Assembly: GCA_046596505.1 (NCBI GenBank)
Contig: JBKJMA010000211.1
Location: 1 to 34,328 of the forward strand
DNA from: Sphingomicrobium sp.
GTDB taxonomy: Bacteria > Pseudomonadota > Alphaproteobacteria > Sphingomonadales > Sphingomonadaceae
Direction of reading: 5' to 3'
Length of the DNA: 34,328 nucleotides
Both the position numbers and the translations under genes were made by a program. Positions 26,045 through 34,328 of the stretch are shown piece by piece; position 1 is the stretch's first letter, and the number at the start of each line of letters is the position of its first letter. The notes below the pieces were generated by a model. It was not told where the DNA came from and made no database searches. It saw only the letters and a program-made list of their open reading frames with translations.

Positions 26045-26365
26045 TTACTTCGCCGCCGCCAGGAACCGCATCAGCTCGGCCAGCGTCGACTCCATCTGGT
26101 CCTGCATCTGCGTCACTAGCTCATTTTCGCGTATATGCTCATGGTCGAGCGGCTTCGAATAGCTGTCAGAGAACGCCTTCAAATCGTCTTGGTCGAAGAT
26201 CCCCTTCGACACCAGCTTCGCCAGGATTACCAGCAAGCCATTGGTATTGGCAATATTCCCCGCGACCAGCGCCTCGTCGACGAGGCTCAGCGAAGGATCG
26301 CGCTCGTCGTCGCTTGTCTCGAGGTCGGCCTCGTCGATGTCTTCGGGTCCGTCGCTCATCGCCAT
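26045..26365 (-). CDS. Small acidic hypothetical protein
   Basis: 106 aa with typical codon usage; AAGGA RBS next to the upstream stop, 3 bp gap. Confidence 0.75.
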   Translation of the reverse strand: MAMSDGPEDIDEADLETSDDERDPSLSLVDEALVAGNIANTNGLLVILAKLVSKGIFDQDDLKAFSDSYSKPLDHEHIRENELVTQMQDQMESTLAELMRFLAAAK

Positions 26366-26368
26366 CCT

Positions 26369-26866
26369 TTACCCGGGATCGGCGAACCCTGCCAAGACCC
26401 GCCACCGCTCCGTCTTCGCCCCCAACCCAATCGTATGGGCCGCGCTCGATGACGGCAGGTCGATCAGCGTCACTCCGCGTATATCGCCAAGCGCCCGCCG
26501 CCCGATCCGGGCCGACGCCTTCCCGTTGAACCCGATCGCCGCCAGCCGCGGGTGCCCGGCGACGAATTCGGCCAGCGCATTGTGCGTCGCCCCGCGGATC
26601 GCCCCGTCGAGGCTTCCGGGCCGCTCGGCGCGCTCGACCGCGTCCCACAATGCCACCCCGCGCACCGCCAGCCGCGTCAGCCGCTCGTCATAGGCGAGCT
26701 GTGCCAACCCCTCCCCCAACGCTGTCCCAAGCAACCTCCAGAACTGGTTCGTCGGATGCGCATAATAGCATTGCGCCGCGAGGCTCGCATCACCCGGCAG
26801 GCTGCCAAGCAGTAGCAGCCGCGCATCCCGCGCCCCGACCGGCGCCATCGACGATTTAAGCGTCAT
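26369..26866 (-). CDS. UDG-superfamily DNA glycosylase (DNA-deoxyinosine/hypoxanthine glycosylase-like)
   Basis: LLGSLPGDASL, YYAHPTNQFW, VALWD, GSLD, FNGK, LPSSS motifs. Confidence 0.88.
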   Translation of the reverse strand: MTLKSSMAPVGARDARLLLLGSLPGDASLAAQCYYAHPTNQFWRLLGTALGEGLAQLAYDERLTRLAVRGVALWDAVERAERPGSLDGAIRGATHNALAEFVAGHPRLAAIGFNGKASARIGRRALGDIRGVTLIDLPSSSAAHTIGLGAKTERWRVLAGFADPG

Positions 26867-26913
26867 CGCGCCCGGCCTAGCCCCCGCCGCGCGACGGCGC
26901 TATGCCGCTGACC

Positions 26914-28080
26914 ATGCCTGCGCCGCTCCGCATCGCCCTCCTCTCGGGCAATTACAACTATGTCCGCGACGGCGCGAACCAGGCGCTCAATCGCCTCGTT
27001 GGCTACCTCCTTGGTCAAGGCCACGCGGTGCGCATCTATTCGCCGACCACCGACACGCCCGCCTTCGCCCCGGTCGGGGACCTCGTGAGCATCCCCTCCT
27101 TTGCAATCCCCAAACGACCCGAATATCGCTTCCCGACTGGCCTGCCGCGCGCCACGCTCAAGGACCTCGCCGACTTCGCCCCCGACATCATCCATATCTC
27201 GAGCCCCGACATGGCAGCGCGCAAGGCTGTCGGCTGGGCTCGCCGCAACGGAGTCGCGGTGGTCGCCTCGATCCACACGCGGTTCGAGACCTACCTCAGT
27301 TACTACCACCTCCAGCTATTCGAACCGGCCCTGCGTGCCCTGATGCGCCGCCTCTACCGCAAGTGCGACGCCCTCCTCGCCCCGGCCGAATCGACCGCCG
27401 CCGTGCTCCGCGCCCAGCGGATGAACCGGACCATCTTCCTGTGGTCGCGCGGGGTCGATCGCGAGCAGTTCAACCCCGGCCGCCGCGACCTCGCCTGGCG
27501 CCGCTCGCAGGGCATCGCCGACAACGACGTGGTAATCGCCTTCCTCGGTCGGCTAGTGCTGGAAAAGGGCCTCGACGTCTTCTCCGACGCCTGCGACCTG
27601 CTCGACGAGCGCGGCGTGTCGCACAAGGTGCTCGCGATCGGCGACGGCCCGGCGCGCGCCTGGTTCGCCGAGCGACTGCCCAAGGCCATCTTTACCGGCC
27701 AGCAGGTTGGCCCCGACCTCGCCCGCGCGCTCGCCAGCGCCGACATCTTCCTCAACCCGTCGGTGACCGAGGCGTTCGGCAATGTCACCCTTGAAGCGAT
27801 GGCCTGCGCGCTGCCGGTCGTCGCCGCCGCCGCTACGGGCGCGAGCAACATTGTCCGCGACGGAGACACCGGCAGCCTCGTCGAGCCGGGCGAGATCGAA
27901 CAATATGCCGACGCCCTCGAAGCCTATATCCGCGATCCCGACCTGCGCCGCGCCCACGGCAAGCATGGCCTCGCCTATGCCGAAACGCAGGACTGGTTGC
28001 GCATCAATGCGGCAGTCGAAGCGGCCTATTACCGGGTGATCGAACGACGCGCCCGGATCGCGCGGACGCTGGCTCGCTAG
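26914..28080 (+). CDS. GT-B glycosyltransferase, GT4 family
   Basis: SGNYNYVRDGA, HTRFETY, RGVD, GRLVLEKG, GDGP, NPSVTEAFGNVTLEAMA (EX7E motif). Start 26902 or 26914. Confidence 0.92.
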   Translation: MPAPLRIALLSGNYNYVRDGANQALNRLVGYLLGQGHAVRIYSPTTDTPAFAPVGDLVSIPSFAIPKRPEYRFPTGLPRATLKDLADFAPDIIHISSPDMAARKAVGWARRNGVAVVASIHTRFETYLSYYHLQLFEPALRALMRRLYRKCDALLAPAESTAAVLRAQRMNRTIFLWSRGVDREQFNPGRRDLAWRRSQGIADNDVVIAFLGRLVLEKGLDVFSDACDLLDERGVSHKVLAIGDGPARAWFAERLPKAIFTGQQVGPDLARALASADIFLNPSVTEAFGNVTLEAMACALPVVAAAATGASNIVRDGDTGSLVEPGEIEQYADALEAYIRDPDLRRAHGKHGLAYAETQDWLRINAAVEAAYYRVIERRARIARTLAR

Positions 28081-28089
28081 ACAAGCTGC

Positions 28090-28665
28090 TCAGCGCTTCG
28101 TCGGGTCTTCACCGAAATACTTCTCCCAGTCGAACTGGGTCAGGCCGAACAACAGCAACAGCATCACCACCTCGATCGCGATTGCGGTCGGGCTGGTCAG
28201 CGAATGCCTGAATGTGTCGCCGAGCGAGCTTTTCTCCAGTCCCTTCGCGGTCGCCGCATAGAGCGAATAGGAGACCAGCCGACCGCCGAAGAAGGCTGCG
28301 GTAAACGGCAGCAGTCGTACCCCCGCGAGCCCCGCCGCCTCGAACAACTGCGCCGACGGAACGGGCGACAAGGCGAACAACCCGAGCGCGAGGAAGGTGT
28401 TCCGCTTCCGGCGCTGGAGCAGCCGTCCGGCGGCGGCGACATTCTTCGCCATCCGCTCCGGAATATGCCCGCGCAGCAGGCGAAAGCCATGCGCCAGCCC
28501 GAACCGCCCGATCGCTGCCGCCACCGCCCCGGTCAGCACCAACCCCGGCAGCGGCAGTTGCGAATTCAGCCCATACAGCACGATGATCGACCAGGTCGGC
28601 GGGCCGAACGCCGGCAACAGGTTCACGCCGAGCACAATCGCGAACAAGGTGAGATAGACCGTCAT
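28090..28665 (-). CDS. Hypothetical inner-membrane protein (DedA/VTT-like features)
   Basis: Hydrophobic; NLLPAFGPPTW, FALSPVPSAQLF, FFGGRLVSY. Confidence 0.75.
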   Translation of the reverse strand: MTVYLTLFAIVLGVNLLPAFGPPTWSIIVLYGLNSQLPLPGLVLTGAVAAAIGRFGLAHGFRLLRGHIPERMAKNVAAAGRLLQRRKRNTFLALGLFALSPVPSAQLFEAAGLAGVRLLPFTAAFFGGRLVSYSLYAATAKGLEKSSLGDTFRHSLTSPTAIAIEVVMLLLLFGLTQFDWEKYFGEDPTKR

Positions 28666-28819
28666 GATCCTGTCTTCCGGGCAACGATGTCACCCGTCAA
28701 CTCGCGTGTCAGCGGTTTTCGTTCTTCGAAAGGAATCCGGTATTTTCGTTTTGAATCACATTATCACGGACAGGCCGTAGTCGACTTTGGCAACCAACCT
28801 TGCCCCCATTTAATAATTG

Positions 28820-28848
28820 TTGACAGCAATTTGGTTCCTTCATAGTAC
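28820..28848 (+). promoter_or_regulatory. Candidate sigma70 promoter upstream of the ScyD/E-family gene
   Basis: Perfect TTGACA at 28820-28825, 17-nt spacer, weak -10 TAGTAC; AT-rich upstream sequence. Confidence 0.4.
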
Positions 28849-29071
28849 ATGCGCCTAATTCGGCACGACTCCGGAAACTATAGTTACGCGGATTGCCCTT
28901 GCGATGCTGCGGGTTGAACCACGCGTCGATGTTTGAGTTGCTGTTAGCAAGTGATGACTCGCATTATTTTTCCCGCCTGCGGCACCACGCTCTCTGCCTG
29001 AGCATCTTAATGGCCATGTTGGTACGGTAAGCATTAAGTGATCGTCTCTCCAAGAGGAAAGGAGCATCAAG

Positions 29072-30208
29072 ATGAAGGAACAGGTTCGACTCTATCGGCG
29101 TGCCTTGTCGGGCACGAGCATCTTGGCCGTTGCTACGCTGGCATTTCCCCTGGTCACTGCCCCCGTCGCATTCGCCAAGCCCGCGACGGCCAGTTCGACC
29201 GCGGTTATCTCGGTCTATGCCACGGGATTCAACAATCCTCGCGGGCTGAAATTCGGACCCGACGGAAATCTTTACGTCGCCGAAGGTGGCCCCGGGGGGA
29301 CGAACTCGACCGTCGGCCAATGCGATCAGGTGCCGGCGCCTGTCGGCCCGTACACCGGGAGCGCAACGGGCGGCCGCATTTCCAAGGTCGTGAATCACGT
29401 CCGCGCGACCGTCGTCGACAGCTTCCCGTCGAGCCAGATCTCAGCTGGTCAGGGCGGCCTCGTCAGCGGCGTGGCCGACGTGGCATTTATCGGCAACACG
29501 CTCTACGCGCTGCTCGGCGGGGCCGGTTGCTCGCACGGCGTGCTCAATTCGACCAATGGCATTTACCGGGTGAACGGCAACGGCAGCACCAGCCTCATCG
29601 CCGATCTCAGCGCATTCCAGCAATCCCACCCGGTCGCGCACCCCGAGCCCGATGATTTCGAGCCCGACGGAACCTGGTACAGCATGGTTGCCGAGCGCGG
29701 ATCCTTTTATGCGGTCGAGCCCAATCATGGCGAACTCGTCCGCGTGACGACCGGCGGCCAAATTACCCGGGTCGCCGACATCTCCGCCAGCCAGGGGCAT
29801 ATCGTCCCGACCGCGATCGCGTATCACGGCAACTTCTACGTCGGCAATCTCAACCCGTTCCCGATCCAGAGCGGCTCGTCAAAGATCTACAAGCTCACCC
29901 CAAGCGGCCAGATTCAACCGGTCGTGTGGGGGCTGACCACCGTGCTCGGCGTCGCCTTCGACAACCGCGCGCGGATGTACGTGCTGGAGAATACGACCGG
30001 CCATCCGTTTCCGACACCGGGAACGGGGCAAATCGTCCGCGTGACCGGTTTCGCCAACAAGGAGGTCATCGCGTCGGGGCTGTTCCTGCCGACAGCGATG
30101 ACCTTCGGGCCCGACGGTGCGCTCTATGTATCCAACAAGGGCTTCGGCCCGCCGGCGTCGCTTCCCGATGGACCGGGCGAGGTATTGAGGATCACGGTCC
30201 CCAACTGA
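29072..30208 (+). CDS. ScyD/ScyE family secreted beta-propeller-like protein
   Basis: RBS AAAGGAG; signal peptide; ATGFNNPRGLKFGPDGNLYVAEGG, IADLSAF, VPTAIA, ASGLFLPTAMTFGPDGALYVSNKG, GEVLRI repeats. Confidence 0.8.
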   Translation: MKEQVRLYRRALSGTSILAVATLAFPLVTAPVAFAKPATASSTAVISVYATGFNNPRGLKFGPDGNLYVAEGGPGGTNSTVGQCDQVPAPVGPYTGSATGGRISKVVNHVRATVVDSFPSSQISAGQGGLVSGVADVAFIGNTLYALLGGAGCSHGVLNSTNGIYRVNGNGSTSLIADLSAFQQSHPVAHPEPDDFEPDGTWYSMVAERGSFYAVEPNHGELVRVTTGGQITRVADISASQGHIVPTAIAYHGNFYVGNLNPFPIQSGSSKIYKLTPSGQIQPVVWGLTTVLGVAFDNRARMYVLENTTGHPFPTPGTGQIVRVTGFANKEVIASGLFLPTAMTFGPDGALYVSNKGFGPPASLPDGPGEVLRITVPN

Positions 30209-30217
30209 GATTTGTCC

Positions 30218-30274
30218 TGAAACGGCCCGGTCGGCGTGCGACGAGATTCGTCGACCGCCTGCCGGGCCATTTCA
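30218..30274. terminator. Long hairpin between convergent genes, probable bidirectional terminator
   Basis: TGAAACGGCCCGG...CGACGA-gat-TCGTCG...CCGGGCCATTTCA imperfect inverted repeat between stops at 30208 and 30296. Confidence 0.6.
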
Positions 30275-30295
30275 TGTCACGGACTAATCTGGGGC

Positions 30296-30952
30296 TTATT
30301 TCAACCGTTCGATCCGCTGCGCCGCCTCGTCGAGGATGGCGGTCACTTCGTGAACCAGCGCCTCGTCGAAGCCTTCGTGGGCAACGCGGTTGCGTAGTGC
30401 CGACATGAGGTTGCCCATTGCCCGTCGGATATTGGCCCCACCATGCGGCGCCTCTCGCGGTTTGGCCTCATCGAGCCGCGCGAACAGCGCGTCGACCTCG
30501 GCCTCATTCTCCGCGAGATGGGCGGTGCCCTCGGCAGTGACCGCGAACGCTTTGCGCGAACCCTCGGCCGCCCGCTCCTCGATCAACCCCATGTCGGTCA
30601 ACATCGTCAGCGTCGGATAGATCACCCCCGGGCTCGGCGCATATTGGCCACCGGTCCTCTCCTCGATCGCGCGGATCAGGTCGTAGCCGTGGCGCGGTTC
30701 GTCGGCGATCAGCCTGAGCAGCACCAGCCGCAACTCGCCCGATCCGAACATCCGGCGCCGGCCGCGCGGCCGCTCTCCATCGCCGCCCCAGCCGCCGCCC
30801 GAACGGCCCCAGCCACCCCCGCGCGGACCGCCGAATTCGAAGCGAATTCCGGCCGGTCCGAATGACGCGCCGAAGCCCCGTTTGAAGTTTTCGCGGCCTT
30901 CACCGCGTGAGCCGCATCCGCGACCCGTCATATGCATCTGCATAATTCTCAT
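30296..30952 (-). CDS. PadR family transcriptional regulator (YqjI-like)
   Basis: GELRLVLLRLIADEPRHGYDLIRAIEE, YAPSPGVIYPTLTML, RKAFAVTAEG; Gly/Arg-rich N-terminus. Start uncertain (30964, 30952 or 30943). Confidence 0.9.
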   Translation of the reverse strand: MRIMQMHMTGRGCGSRGEGRENFKRGFGASFGPAGIRFEFGGPRGGGWGRSGGGWGGDGERPRGRRRMFGSGELRLVLLRLIADEPRHGYDLIRAIEERTGGQYAPSPGVIYPTLTMLTDMGLIEERAAEGSRKAFAVTAEGTAHLAENEAEVDALFARLDEAKPREAPHGGANIRRAMGNLMSALRNRVAHEGFDEALVHEVTAILDEAAQRIERLK

Positions 30953-30974
30953 GATTCCTTTCATACGATGGCTC

Positions 30975-30988
30975 TAAGATATATCTTA
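30975..30988. promoter_or_regulatory. Perfect 14-bp palindrome, probable PadR autoregulatory operator
   Basis: TAAGATATATCTTA immediately upstream of padR in the padR/rarA divergent region. Confidence 0.65.
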
Positions 30989-31056
30989 AAACAATCTTTG
31001 CAAGAACCAACGCGAAGCTGCGTGATTTTTTCCGCCGAACCGCGTTAGTGACCCCG

Positions 31057-32418
31057 ATGGCCGACCTGTTCGCAAGCAACGAAGCTCCACCCGAAGGCGT
31101 CCCGCATGCCCACCCGGCCGATGGCCCGCTCGCCGACCGCCTCCGTCCCGCGGGCCTCGGCGAGATCATCGGCCAAGGGCATCTGACCGGCCCCGACGGC
31201 GCGATCGGGCGAATGGTCGCGGCGGGCAAACTGTCGTCGATGATCCTGTGGGGGCCGCCGGGGACCGGCAAGACCAGCATCGCGCGCCTGCTCGCCGCCG
31301 CGGTCGGGCTGCGCTTCGTTGCGCTCTCGGCGGTCTTCTCGGGCGTCGCCGACCTCAAGAAGATCTTCGCCGAAGCTCGGCAATTCGCCCGCACCGGCCG
31401 CAAGACGTTGCTGTTCGTCGACGAGATCCACCGCTTCAATCGCGCCCAACAGGACGGTTTCCTGCCGTTCGTCGAGGACGGCACGATCACGCTGGTCGGC
31501 GCGACCACCGAGAACCCCAGCTTCGAGCTCAACGCCGCCTTACTCTCTCGCTGCCAGGTACTGATACTCCAGCGGCTCGACCACACGGCGCTGTGCAAGC
31601 TCCTCGACCGCGCCGAAGCCCTCGTCGGCCGCGCCCTCCCCGTCACCGCGCAAGCCCGCGATGCGCTCATTGCCAGCGCCGACGGCGATGGCCGCTTCCT
31701 CCTCAACCAGGCCGAAACGCTGTTCGATATCGCACCCGATGCCGATCTCGACCCGACCGCGCTCGCCGCTCTCCTTCAGCGCCGCGTCGCGGTTTACGAC
31801 AAGGATCGCGAGGGCCACTACAACCTCATCTCCGCGCTCCATAAATCGATCCGCGGCTCGGACCCGCAGGCCGCGCTCTATTACCTCGCCCGCATGCTCA
31901 CCGCCGGCGAGGAACCTCTGTTTCTCCTCCGCCGCCTCGTCCGCGCAGCGGTCGAGGACATCGGCCTCGCCGACCCGCAGGCGCTGGTGCAGTGTCTTGC
32001 AGCCAAGGACAGTTACGACTTCCTCGGCTCCCCCGAGGGCGAGCTCGGTATCGCCCAAGCCTGCCTTTACCTTGCCACCGCCCCCAAATCGAACGCTGTC
32101 TACGTCGCCCAGAAAGAAGCATGGCGCTCGGCCAGGGAAACCGGCTCGCTGATGCCGCCGATGAACATCCTCGGCGCACCGACGAAACTCATGAAAGACA
32201 TCGGCTACGGCGCCGGCTACGCCTACGACCATGACGCCGAGGACGGCTTCTCGGGCGCCAATTACTGGCCCGACGACATGGCACCGCGCGCCTTCTACCG
32301 CCCGACCGACCGCGGGTTCGAGAAGCGGCTTGCCGAACGCCTCGCATGGTGGGACGAACGGCGTCGAAACAAAGGCGAGGCCCACGGGTTAAGTGATCAC
32401 GAACAGGGAGGCGAGTGA
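31057..32418 (+). CDS. rarA: Replication-associated recombination protein A (AAA+ ATPase, MgsA/RarA)
   Basis: PLADRLRP, WGPPGTGKT, FVDEIHRFNRAQQD, GATTENPSFE, ALLSR, YNLISALHKSIRGSDP, EDIGLADP, APKSNAVY, GYAYDHD. Confidence 0.96.
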   Translation: MADLFASNEAPPEGVPHAHPADGPLADRLRPAGLGEIIGQGHLTGPDGAIGRMVAAGKLSSMILWGPPGTGKTSIARLLAAAVGLRFVALSAVFSGVADLKKIFAEARQFARTGRKTLLFVDEIHRFNRAQQDGFLPFVEDGTITLVGATTENPSFELNAALLSRCQVLILQRLDHTALCKLLDRAEALVGRALPVTAQARDALIASADGDGRFLLNQAETLFDIAPDADLDPTALAALLQRRVAVYDKDREGHYNLISALHKSIRGSDPQAALYYLARMLTAGEEPLFLLRRLVRAAVEDIGLADPQALVQCLAAKDSYDFLGSPEGELGIAQACLYLATAPKSNAVYVAQKEAWRSARETGSLMPPMNILGAPTKLMKDIGYGAGYAYDHDAEDGFSGANYWPDDMAPRAFYRPTDRGFEKRLAERLAWWDERRRNKGEAHGLSDHEQGGE

Positions 32419-33722
32419 TGTATATCGACAGCGGCACGGGCGCATATATGCAGGATCAGCTGATGCTGTGGGGCCCGAAAATCCTCATCGCCATCCTCAT
32501 CATCATCGCCACCTGGATCATCGCTCGTGCAGTTAAGTGGGCGCTGCAGAAGACCATCGACAAGGTCCCGACCCTCAAGCGTCATCATCACGGCGCACCT
32601 GGCGAAACCGTCGGCCACCAGCTCGGCACCATTGCCCAGTTGATCGTGTGGCTGGTCGGGATCATGGCCGCGCTGCAATTCCTCGGGATCGGCCAGATCC
32701 TTGCCCCGATCAACGCGCTGACCCTGCAGATCTTCGCCTTCCTGCCGAAATTGCTCGGCGCCGGGCTGATCTTCTTCATCGGCCTGATCGTCGCGCGGAT
32801 CGTGCGCAAGATCGTCGAGACCGCGCTGACCGTCGCCAATGTCGACGGGTTGCTCGCCAAGGCCGGGATCGGCGACAACGCCTCGACCGTCCGCACCGAC
32901 CCCAGCGCCGTGCCCCCCGGCGCCGCCCCCGGCGCGACCCGTGCGACCCTTGCCAAGGCCGCCGGTATCCTCGTCTTCGCGCTGATCATCATCCCGGTCG
33001 CGATCGCGGCGCTGCAGGTGCTCGGCATCGAAGCGATCTCGGTCCCGGCGATCAATATGCTCAACGAGATCCTCGCCGCCATCCCGCGCGTCCTCACCGC
33101 CGCGTTGTGGCTCGGGATCGCGTTCATCGCCGCGCGCTTCCTCAAGACGCTGATCGAGGGCATCCTGCCGCCGACCGGCTTCGACCAGGCGGTCAAGTCG
33201 ACCGGCATCCTCCCCGCCACCACCAGCCCGACGCGGATCGTCGCCAACATCGCCTTCATCGCGATCATGCTGACCGCCGGGATCGAAGCGGCGCAGCAGC
33301 TCGGCGGTGGCACCGTCGCGGTGTTCCTCGCCCAGATCACCGAGCTTGGCGGCAAGGTCATCTTCGGCACACTGATCATCGTCGCCGGCGTGTTCTTGTC
33401 GCGCGTGGTGTCGGGCCTTGTCGGCTCGTCGACCGGCGACGGCGGCTATGCGCAAACAATAGTGCGATACGCCATCATCGCATTGTTTACGGCGATTGGC
33501 CTGACCTTCATGGGCCTCGCCGATGCGATCGTGATGATGGCGTTCGGGTTGATCCTCGGCTCGGCGGCGGTCGCCACGGCGCTGGCCTTCGGGCTCGGCG
33601 GGAGCGACGCCGCTGCGCGGTTTCTGGAACGCTACGGCGACCGCGCGGCGAGCCAGGCGCAGACCCCCAAAACCCCGCCGCGCCTCGAGAAGCCGACCCC
33701 GCCGGCCACGCCCGAGGGTTGA
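32418..33722 (+). CDS. Conserved TM-helix repeat protein (mechanosensitive ion channel-annotated, CmpX-like)
   Basis: GGGAGG RBS; repeated 'PKI/L..A.LI..I..I.AR' helices; C-terminal AFGLILGSAAVATALAFGLGG. Start 32415 or 32418. Confidence 0.85.
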   Translation: MYIDSGTGAYMQDQLMLWGPKILIAILIIIATWIIARAVKWALQKTIDKVPTLKRHHHGAPGETVGHQLGTIAQLIVWLVGIMAALQFLGIGQILAPINALTLQIFAFLPKLLGAGLIFFIGLIVARIVRKIVETALTVANVDGLLAKAGIGDNASTVRTDPSAVPPGAAPGATRATLAKAAGILVFALIIIPVAIAALQVLGIEAISVPAINMLNEILAAIPRVLTAALWLGIAFIAARFLKTLIEGILPPTGFDQAVKSTGILPATTSPTRIVANIAFIAIMLTAGIEAAQQLGGGTVAVFLAQITELGGKVIFGTLIIVAGVFLSRVVSGLVGSSTGDGGYAQTIVRYAIIALFTAIGLTFMGLADAIVMMAFGLILGSAAVATALAFGLGGSDAAARFLERYGDRAASQAQTPKTPPRLEKPTPPATPEG

Positions 33723-34328
33723 GCGACGGCGAGCCCCGCTTCCGGTCCTTTGTCGCGATCGACTGGTCGGGGGCGAAGGGGCGGCGGCACAAGGGAATTG
33801 CAGTTGCCGAGGCGCGTCATGGAAGTGGCGCGCCTCGCATCATCCGCCCGGATCATGTCTGGTCGCGGACCGAATTGCTCGACTGGCTGTTCGAGCAAGC
33901 CGAGCGGGAGCCCACCCTGTTCGGGCTCGACTTCAGCTTCGCCCCGCCGTTCGTCGAGCGCGGCGCCTACCTCCCCGGCGAAGCGAATGTCCCGACCAAC
34001 GCCCGCGCCTTCTGGCACTATGTCGACCATCACAGCAACGACGAGGACCTCGGCGCGGCGAGCTTCCTCGAAGCGGTCCACCGGCCGCATTTCTACTTCG
34101 GCATCGCCGACGGGGTGAAGGCCGATTTCGTCCACTTCCGCCAGTGCGACGCCGCGTTGAACGCGCAAGGCGGCCGCAAGACCGCCTCGGCCTACGACGC
34201 GATCGGTGCGGCTCAGGTCGCCAAGGCGAGTTTTTCCGGGATGCGCCTGCTTCACCGCTTAAACGGGCAAGTCGCGATCTGGCCGATGGACCCGCTCCCC
34301 GCCCCGGGGGGCAAGAACGCCAGCGCGG
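33719..34328 (+). CDS. Hypothetical protein with RNase H-like motifs (DUF429-like), 3'-truncated by window edge
   Basis: Not in the ORF track because it has no stop. TTGA overlap; my translation: MSDGEPRFRSFVAIDWSGAKGRRHKGIAVA..WSRTELLDWL..LFGLDFSFAPPF..IGAAQVAKASFSGMRLLHRL..IWPMDP. Confidence 0.75.
   Translation, partial: MSDGEPRFRSFVAIDWSGAKGRRHKGIAVAEARHGSGAPRIIRPDHVWSRTELLDWLFEQAEREPTLFGLDFSFAPPFVERGAYLPGEANVPTNARAFWHYVDHHSNDEDLGAASFLEAVHRPHFYFGIADGVKADFVHFRQCDAALNAQGGRKTASAYDAIGAAQVAKASFSGMRLLHRLNGQVAIWPMDPLPAPGGKNASA

Noticed and set aside
26914-28080. Glycosyltransferase as carotenoid glucosyltransferase CrtX
   Set aside because: Motifs are GT4 (EX7E), not the GT1/UGT type of CrtX, and it is separated from the crt genes by two unrelated genes.
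33632-34255. 207-aa minus-strand ORF at the right end
   Set aside because: The plus-strand frame from 33719 has better coupling, codon usage and motifs.

Overview
High-GC alphaproteobacterial chromosome segment, most likely Sphingomonadaceae (inferred from the crtG/crtYIB/crtZ layout, an OMP with a Pro-rich 'TQTC..GERG' tail and EcfG-type promoters). Left end (1-1532): the 3' part of an S8 subtilase and a secreted Gly/Ser/Ala/Asn-rich protein. The accessory block at about 2077-16006 is the most interesting part. It holds a Crp-family regulator, a TonB-like Pro-rich protein, a secreted DUF4331 protein with a small lipoprotein, and a DUF4198 protein. These are followed by one tightly coupled operon running from a HupE/UreJ metal permease and an unknown membrane protein into a reduced type IV secretion system (virB1,2,3,4,6,8,9,10,11). 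No virB5, virB7, virD4, relaxase or integrase is present in the window. The predicted mature N-termini of DUF4331 (SSH, ATCUN-like), DUF4198 (H) and HupE (H) all expose His, suggesting a metal-linked, non-conjugative, possibly Ptl-like two-step export system (inference). Downstream are an FKBP PPIase and OMP, an amidase, a MaoC/CitE pair, a carotenoid cluster (DUF2141-crtG / crtYIB / crtZ, nostoxanthin-type), a UDG-superfamily glycosylase, a GT4 glycosyltransferase, a ScyD/ScyE-family protein, PadR, rarA, a TM-helix-repeat channel protein and a truncated RNase H-like ORF. No rRNA, tRNA, CRISPR array or IS element was recognised. Family calls come from motif recognition by eye, not database searches.
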